DNA from: Candidatus Hodarchaeota archaeon
Lineage (GTDB): Archaea > Asgardarchaeota > Heimdallarchaeia > Hodarchaeales > Hodarchaeaceae
Direction of reading: 5' to 3'
Assembly: GCA_016840035.1 (NCBI GenBank)
Contig: JAEOTC010000148.1
Coordinates: forward strand, 1-42,650
DNA length: 42,650 nt
The position numbers were made by a program, and so were the translations under genes. This document shows positions 37,067 to 42,650 of the stretch, one piece after another (within the stretch, counting starts at the first letter, position 1; each line of letters starts with the position of its first letter). Under the pieces are notes generated by a model that saw only the letters and a list, made by a program, of their open reading frames with translations, was not told where the DNA came from and did not search any database.

Positions 37067-38314
37067 TCATTCTGCATATCCATCTAGGATTGTGTGGAGA
37101 GGTCCAAATTCTTCATCTTCTGGGGTATGATCCTTAAGAATTGCAGCTAATCGCTTAACCAACTCTTCATCTTCTAATTTTGCGAAAAGTTTTTCATACG
37201 TGGAAGCTGGTACCTGGGCAAGAATGTCTCCGATTTCTGCATAATAATCCTCCGAAATTGACTCATCGGTAAGCAATTCAATTAAAATTGGAAAAGTAAC
37301 AAGTTTTTTATTCATGATTACATCCTTAATTGTTGATTTTTCTTCCTCTTGTGCAATTTCTAGGAATTTTATCAAAACCTCGTAAGCTTTTTTTGTCCCG
37401 ATTTCATGTAATGCGTAAATAGTCTGTAAGAGAGTATAATCTTCTGATGTAGGCTCATTCAGGAGTTTATCCAATGTTGGAACGGCATTCTCTGTACCAA
37501 TTTTTCCCAAGATTTCTACTAATGCACCACATTTCGTATCATCAGTGCATTCTTCAAGTGCTGTTGTCACATACGGAACTGCTAGATCACCGAATCTGGT
37601 GATTACTGCCCGCACCGTTGTTTCCTGACGTGCTTCTGTCTGTCCAAGTAATGCAAATAATGGTTCAATCCCTCTTTCCTCTTTCATTTCTGCTAAAGCA
37701 TACGCAGCTGATAAACGGACATCCATCTCATATAATTCCCCTGTTAAAACCTCCTGCATTTTCATACTGGCTTCATGAGCTCGCTCCTTCATTGCACCTA
37801 GAAGAAACGCTAATTGTTGTTGTTTTTTAGGAGGAAGAGTATCAAAAACACTAATTATAGAAGGTACCCTTTGTGACCAACAATCTAACCACATAAATTC
37901 TTTATGACATCTTTCCATTGCAGGGACATCAAATTCTTCAATTTGTTCAGCTATACAGGTGAAATTCAGATATCTCCTCTTAAGGAATGGACATTTCGTT
38001 TCATAGTTCATGTAAGGTAAGCCTGTACGCGATGATGCGGTTCTATATGCGATTACACTCATAAATTCACCGACTTTAGTGAAAGTAAACGTTAGAAAAA
38101 ACATCATTATGATGATCGAGGCAAAGAATCCCAACAGTTCACCCAATAATATGAAGAGAGAGGGGTAAACAAAGAAAAAGAATAAGTACCAGCCTAGTAT
38201 TACAAGAAATACCATACCTAATGATTCTATAAGATCAGACATGAATTCGGGTTCCGTCTTAGATTGTATTATTAAAGGATCAACTTGTTCATCAGACATA
38301 CTTAGATTCACCAA
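37067..38314 (-). CDS. Membrane-anchored HEAT-repeat (PBS-lyase-like) protein
   Basis: Two N-terminal TM helices, a four-Cys segment, then repeats such as VRLSAAYALAEM, LVEILGKIG-x-ENAVPTL and IYALHEIG. Confidence 0.8.
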   Translation of the reverse strand: MVNLSMSDEQVDPLIIQSKTEPEFMSDLIESLGMVFLVILGWYLFFFFVYPSLFILLGELLGFFASIIIMMFFLTFTFTKVGEFMSVIAYRTASSRTGLPYMNYETKCPFLKRRYLNFTCIAEQIEEFDVPAMERCHKEFMWLDCWSQRVPSIISVFDTLPPKKQQQLAFLLGAMKERAHEASMKMQEVLTGELYEMDVRLSAAYALAEMKEERGIEPLFALLGQTEARQETTVRAVITRFGDLAVPYVTTALEECTDDTKCGALVEILGKIGTENAVPTLDKLLNEPTSEDYTLLQTIYALHEIGTKKAYEVLIKFLEIAQEEEKSTIKDVIMNKKLVTFPILIELLTDESISEDYYAEIGDILAQVPASTYEKLFAKLEDEELVKRLAAILKDHTPEDEEFGPLHTILDGYAE

Positions 38315-38492
38315 AGAGAATTTCCGAAATAATAATTAGTCACTGAATTAAAACTGATTCGAGTAATAAATTTGAATATTTTCGTTGGTCTACTTAGGGA
38401 TATAATGCATCAATTGTGTTGATTGTCTTCAAATGAACATTATAATTGTTAAAACTGACATTCTAGAACTACTATTTTGGAGAAATCTTGTA

Positions 38493-39986
38493 TTAAACAA
38501 TAAATTTCTTTTTATCCTTTTTACAAATCAACTGGATTGCATGCCGTCCCGAAAATATAGCTGTAGGAACACCACCCATGGACATAGACCAATGACCTGC
38601 CATATAGAAGTTGTCTAATCCTGGAAGGGTCTTTTTAAATTGTTCTAAGATAGATTCAGCAGTTGGTGAGAATCCCATGATTGATCCTTTATGTGACCTG
38701 GTGTAACGCCAATAAGTATAGGGTGTAGCAACATCGGTTATTTCAACAGTTTCAGTAATTCCTGGATAAATTTCTTCTAATTTTTTTAATGCAACACGTG
38801 AAATCTTTTCTTTTTCTAATTTATAGGAATCTTGATCGTCTTTCAAAGTATTCCAGAAATCCCATTCGGTTTCAAACATTGCTTGGATTACTGTTTTTCC
38901 TTCAGGTGCAAAAAAGTCACTATAGTTGAAAATACGGTAGGTGAATTCAAATATATCCTGTTTTCCAATTTTAAGAGGTCTTTCGAGTTTTTTAAAAACG
39001 AGCCAAGGTTCCTCCTTGAATTCCCTAGAGACCCCATAACTGACACATATATATGGTGGTAATTCCTTTTTTGGAATATAACGTTCATTGATCTCAGCGT
39101 TTGTAAATTGTCCATTAAGCATACTATAAATTGTATTATATCCATCTGCCGCGGAAATTATATAATTCGCAAATTTAGTTTCTCCATTTTCGAGTTCTAT
39201 TCCTACAGCAGTATCATTTTCAACTACAATTCTTTTTACTGGTGAATTATAGGATATTTTCCCTCCTAGACTAGTATATTTAGTTTCTATGCATCTTGCA
39301 AACTCATTAGAACCATTTCCAAGAAGACACATTTGGTCTGTGACTAAAGTAGAAAGAATCATAATTATAAACCAGTATGGAACGTCTGGTAAGAACAAAT
39401 ACATCAAAATATCTGTAAAAACTTCATTACTAACCCTTTTAGCTCTGGTTCTAATGGTTTCATTGTATTTACCTACAAAAAATTTTAAAATGCTCTTTGC
39501 GACCCAAATATCCTTAACTTTTTCTCTCAATCCAATTAGCTCGACTGGTTTATCAAAACCAAAGGTACTTAGGTCATGTTTTTTAAATTCATTTATATCG
39601 GATATCAGTTCTTCTATCATTGCCTGGTCTGAGGGAAATAATTTCAATAAATCATGTCTAATCTGTTGTAAATCATGAGTAAAATCAATCCTAATTCCTG
39701 TCTTCTCATCAATATACCGTGCGTAGGTTTTCATATCAACAAAATTATAGTTATTAGCACCAATTTCTGTTAATATTCGATAAAAATCAATATGAGGTTT
39801 GTGACCTGTTAAAAAATGAATACCACCATCAATATTATAATCTTTTCGCTTCCAAGTAGCTGCTAATCCTCCACAAACACGATGTTGTTCAAAGATTTTT
39901 GAATTATAGCCATTAGTCTGTGCATACACTCCAGTTGATAACCCTCCTAATCCTGCACCAATTATTATAATGTCTTTCTTACCCAC
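38493..39986 (-). CDS. FAD-dependent oxidoreductase, phytoene desaturase/CrtISO-like family
   Basis: IIIGAGLGGL Rossmann motif, E-x-GG, DGG-x-H, DVATP-x-T-xx-RYT, G-x-MG and NFYMAGHW...GGVP-xx-SGR. Confidence 0.88.
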   Translation of the reverse strand: MGKKDIIIIGAGLGGLSTGVYAQTNGYNSKIFEQHRVCGGLAATWKRKDYNIDGGIHFLTGHKPHIDFYRILTEIGANNYNFVDMKTYARYIDEKTGIRIDFTHDLQQIRHDLLKLFPSDQAMIEELISDINEFKKHDLSTFGFDKPVELIGLREKVKDIWVAKSILKFFVGKYNETIRTRAKRVSNEVFTDILMYLFLPDVPYWFIIMILSTLVTDQMCLLGNGSNEFARCIETKYTSLGGKISYNSPVKRIVVENDTAVGIELENGETKFANYIISAADGYNTIYSMLNGQFTNAEINERYIPKKELPPYICVSYGVSREFKEEPWLVFKKLERPLKIGKQDIFEFTYRIFNYSDFFAPEGKTVIQAMFETEWDFWNTLKDDQDSYKLEKEKISRVALKKLEEIYPGITETVEITDVATPYTYWRYTRSHKGSIMGFSPTAESILEQFKKTLPGLDNFYMAGHWSMSMGGVPTAIFSGRHAIQLICKKDKKKFIV

Positions 39987-40132
39987 ATTAACTACCTACT
40001 CAGATCATGTGTCTTCAAACAGATATTTTACGACACTTTATCTGGTTTATTATTCATAATCCTACAAGTTCCAAGAAGGAATTCCAGAAATCACAAATAG
40101 TGGGTCAAATTGACCTAAATTGGAAGAGATTT

Positions 40133-41953
40133 ATGTATGCTCCATCGCTTGTTTCTTTGAACATTACTGAAAATAAGGTTAAGCCAAAAAAAACTATCGA
40201 TCCCAAGGTAGTTGAGTTATTCCTTGGAGGAAGGGGGATTGCGGTATATTTAAGCTTTGAATCAATTCCTGTTGACACAAGTCCCCGTGGACCCGAAAAT
40301 ATAATTACTTTTGGAACAGGATTCCTAACTGGATCTACTTTTCCCTCTTCTGGTACTGCTATTGCCACATTTAAATCTCCTCATACCAATACACTGTGTA
40401 CAGCTACCAGTACAGGTCATTTTGGTGCTTTTTTAAAGCAAACGGGACACGATTTCCTCCAGATTCAAGGAAAAGCAAAATCTCCTCAATATATTTTGAT
40501 AGATGAATTTTCAGACATTTCATTTGAGGATGCTTCGAATATATGGGAGTATTCAATAGAGAAAACTGATAGATTCTTTAGAGAAAAATATGGTGATCGT
40601 ATCAGTATTGCTTGCATTGGGAATGCCGCTATAAATCAGGTTATCTATACTGGTGTTGTGGTTGATAGAAGGCATCAATTCCAACGTGGAGGATTAGGAA
40701 GCGTTTTTGCATCCAAAAATATTAAAGCAATTGTATTAACGGATCCTCCTCAAACTTCAGATCTTTCGGTATTGACAGAAGAGGAAAAAGTTAATTTTGA
40801 GTCAACACTCCTACATCATCCTTGGATTTCGATGTTAACGACTGAAGGAACATTTTCTACGATTCATTCTATGATCCAGGCCCAAATTGTGCCTACAAAG
40901 AATTGTACAAGACTATTTAAGCTTCAAAAAGAATCGGTTTCCTCATTTCACGGGTATGGTGAGACCTATAACTGTTGGCAATGTCAAGTTCAATGCAAAC
41001 GAAATTCTTCTCAAAGTTTTATAGCACTAGGACCAAACTTAGGGATAGTAGATCATAATTCCGTCCAAAAAGCTATAGAAAAGTGCGATGAAGAGGGATT
41101 AGATCCCATATCAACAGGGGCGGCTTTAGCATCATTATTTCAGATTCAAGAAGACAAAAGAAAGTTACTGAATATCAATCTAGGATATAATTGGGGAAAT
41201 CCACAAATCTATAAACTAATTGATGATATTATTAAGAAAAAGGGGCTGGGTGATCAGTTAGCTCGAGGGGAGGGATATTTGTATAAACAAACAAGTGAAC
41301 CCTCCCCAATGGTTAAGAACCAAATCCCTGGAATGTATTTCTTTCCAAATTGTCCAGTATTGAGCATGGATCTTTGTTCTGCCCCCTATGGGGCATCTGA
41401 TTTAAGAACAGGCAGTCTCTTTTATCCAGAAGTTCTTGGGTTCCCCTTCCAACTCTCCCGAAGATCTGTTAAAGGTAAAATTCAGTTAAAAATCTTGCTA
41501 GAAAATTTAGCTGCGGTCTTTGATTCCTTAGTTTTGTGTTCACGGTTTATGCCTACTTTTCTTAAATCAAGTATTCCTTTTAGAGTGCTTCCTTCAAGAT
41601 TAAGGGGCCTACTTCTAAACTATCTTCCAAAGAGAGTGATCGAAAACATGATAATTCGAGACTCGTTAATAGGTCCATTAATTCGTAAATCTATTCAATT
41701 AGAAAACTCTAATAGAAATATTCTTGAGATTGGGAACAGAATTACTCTACTTGAGCGACTTTTCAACACACGCACTGGATTATTACCTTCAAGTGATTTA
41801 ATTCCACGGTATCTTGAAGGTTACAATGAATTCTATAAACAACAGAATGAGCTCCTTGTTTCTTACTATAAGCTAAAAGGACTCAATTCCGAAGGGTTGA
41901 TCACATTAAAAACATTGAAGAAAGCTAAACTTCTGGGATTACTCAATATCTAG
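40133..41953 (+). CDS. Aldehyde:ferredoxin oxidoreductase family protein (divergent)
   Basis: FLGGRG, KSPHT, RGGLG-xx-SKNIKAI, CWQCQVQC, D-xx-GLDPIS, DSLVLC, ERLFN and YY-xx-G. Start placed at MYAPS; the track gives 40007. Confidence 0.85.
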   Translation: MYAPSLVSLNITENKVKPKKTIDPKVVELFLGGRGIAVYLSFESIPVDTSPRGPENIITFGTGFLTGSTFPSSGTAIATFKSPHTNTLCTATSTGHFGAFLKQTGHDFLQIQGKAKSPQYILIDEFSDISFEDASNIWEYSIEKTDRFFREKYGDRISIACIGNAAINQVIYTGVVVDRRHQFQRGGLGSVFASKNIKAIVLTDPPQTSDLSVLTEEEKVNFESTLLHHPWISMLTTEGTFSTIHSMIQAQIVPTKNCTRLFKLQKESVSSFHGYGETYNCWQCQVQCKRNSSQSFIALGPNLGIVDHNSVQKAIEKCDEEGLDPISTGAALASLFQIQEDKRKLLNINLGYNWGNPQIYKLIDDIIKKKGLGDQLARGEGYLYKQTSEPSPMVKNQIPGMYFFPNCPVLSMDLCSAPYGASDLRTGSLFYPEVLGFPFQLSRRSVKGKIQLKILLENLAAVFDSLVLCSRFMPTFLKSSIPFRVLPSRLRGLLLNYLPKRVIENMIIRDSLIGPLIRKSIQLENSNRNILEIGNRITLLERLFNTRTGLLPSSDLIPRYLEGYNEFYKQQNELLVSYYKLKGLNSEGLITLKTLKKAKLLGLLNI

Positions 41954-42650
41954 TTAACTCGAGCCTTTACCTGGTCTAAGAGACGGACCTTTCAATAAAT
42001 TTAGCATATTTAATAGATAAGTAACAAATTTTTCATCGAATGTCATGAATCCGACATCATCAGGTAAAACAACCGCTTGATCATTATCTTTTACCGCTAA
42101 TACTCCTGTGATATTACCAGCACCTTTTGATTTACGTAAGTTTATATTTACCTGGTTTCCTATTTCATTAAACCATTTTTTTCCTTTTTTACTAAAATCA
42201 TAACTAGTAAAAATCCAAATCCGTTTTCCAGACGGTACTGACTTAAGATCCGATGTTGATAAAATTGTTGGATCAGACATAGATAATGTAACTGGTTTTG
42301 ATGCATTATTTATGAATTTGATCAAATAATCATTAATTGCATGACTAGTTGATAGTTTTAACAACCGTATATATGAAATAGGATCACGATCAGATAATTC
42401 TGTCTCTAATGATCCTAGAACTTCAGCTTGCTTGGCGTGAGAGTCGTTTATTCCACTTAGAACTTCATTGGTTCGGTTTAAAAACTCCGAAAGGTAAGTT
42501 TCTATTTCAGAATTTAAGGTCTGAATAAACTTCGTCATATTTCCTTTGTTTTCTAATATTACCTTTTCAATATCATTATTGTACGATTCTAAGTCTGTAG
42601 ATATATTTTTTGATAAATCACTGCTCATTCCATCAACTTTACTTCCCATA
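41954..42650 (-). CDS. 3' end of a coiled-coil protein with a C-terminal alpha/beta domain (gene starts beyond the window)
   Basis: The frame is open to the window edge. About 90 aa of heptad-like helix precede a globular domain loosely resembling the TrmB middle/PLD-like fold. Confidence 0.65.
   Translation of the reverse strand, partial: MGSKVDGMSSDLSKNISTDLESYNNDIEKVILENKGNMTKFIQTLNSEIETYLSEFLNRTNEVLSGINDSHAKQAEVLGSLETELSDRDPISYIRLLKLSTSHAINDYLIKFINNASKPVTLSMSDPTILSTSDLKSVPSGKRIWIFTSYDFSKKGKKWFNEIGNQVNINLRKSKGAGNITGVLAVKDNDQAVVLPDDVGFMTFDEKFVTYLLNMLNLLKGPSLRPGKGSS

Noticed and set aside
38493-39986. Carotenoid biosynthesis locus
   Set aside because: Only a lone desaturase-family flavoprotein is present, with no phytoene synthase or cyclase nearby. 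The substrate is unknown.
1867-40368. Numerous short ORFs from the track antisense to or nested in larger genes (e.g. 1867-2118, 16781-17200, 19478-19795, 32200-32538, 39289-39678)
   Set aside because: They overlap well-supported genes and lack motifs. 32200-32538 is hydrophobic only because it mirrors the Lys-rich linker.

Overview
AT-rich, densely coding archaeal chromosomal segment. It is most consistent with an Asgard archaeon (Heimdallarchaeia/Hodarchaeales-like). This is an inference from archaeal housekeeping genes (nep1, acdA, a beta-CASP nuclease, a Thermococcales-like glnA) occurring with candidate eukaryotic-signature proteins (a gelsolin-domain protein and two longin-like proteins). 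The window opens with the 3' part of a short-form alaS. A ~10.4 kb co-directional minus-strand run follows: split methylcrotonyl-CoA carboxylase, liuC, a hydrolase, a YdjC deacetylase, glnA, a nitrilase-fold glutaminase, nadE and a class II amidotransferase. Next come an NfeD/flotillin pair, a CPBP protease and second nitrilase, an mtnA/GvpD-like ATPase/beta-CASP cluster, a SPOUT methyltransferase, and acdA with a kinase-like gene. The rest holds larC-larB-ykgJ, two divergent wHTH regulators, nep1-yjjX, a membrane HEAT-repeat protein, an FAD oxidoreductase and a degenerate aldehyde:ferredoxin oxidoreductase. A decayed Fpg/Nei glycosylase remnant missed by the ORF track lies at 27142-27354. No rRNA, tRNA, CRISPR array or transposase was recognised. 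The most novel-looking items are a gelsolin domain fused to a histone-H1-like basic linker and zinc ribbon, the longin fusions, and an AOR pseudoenzyme. All family calls are by motif recognition by eye; no searches were run.
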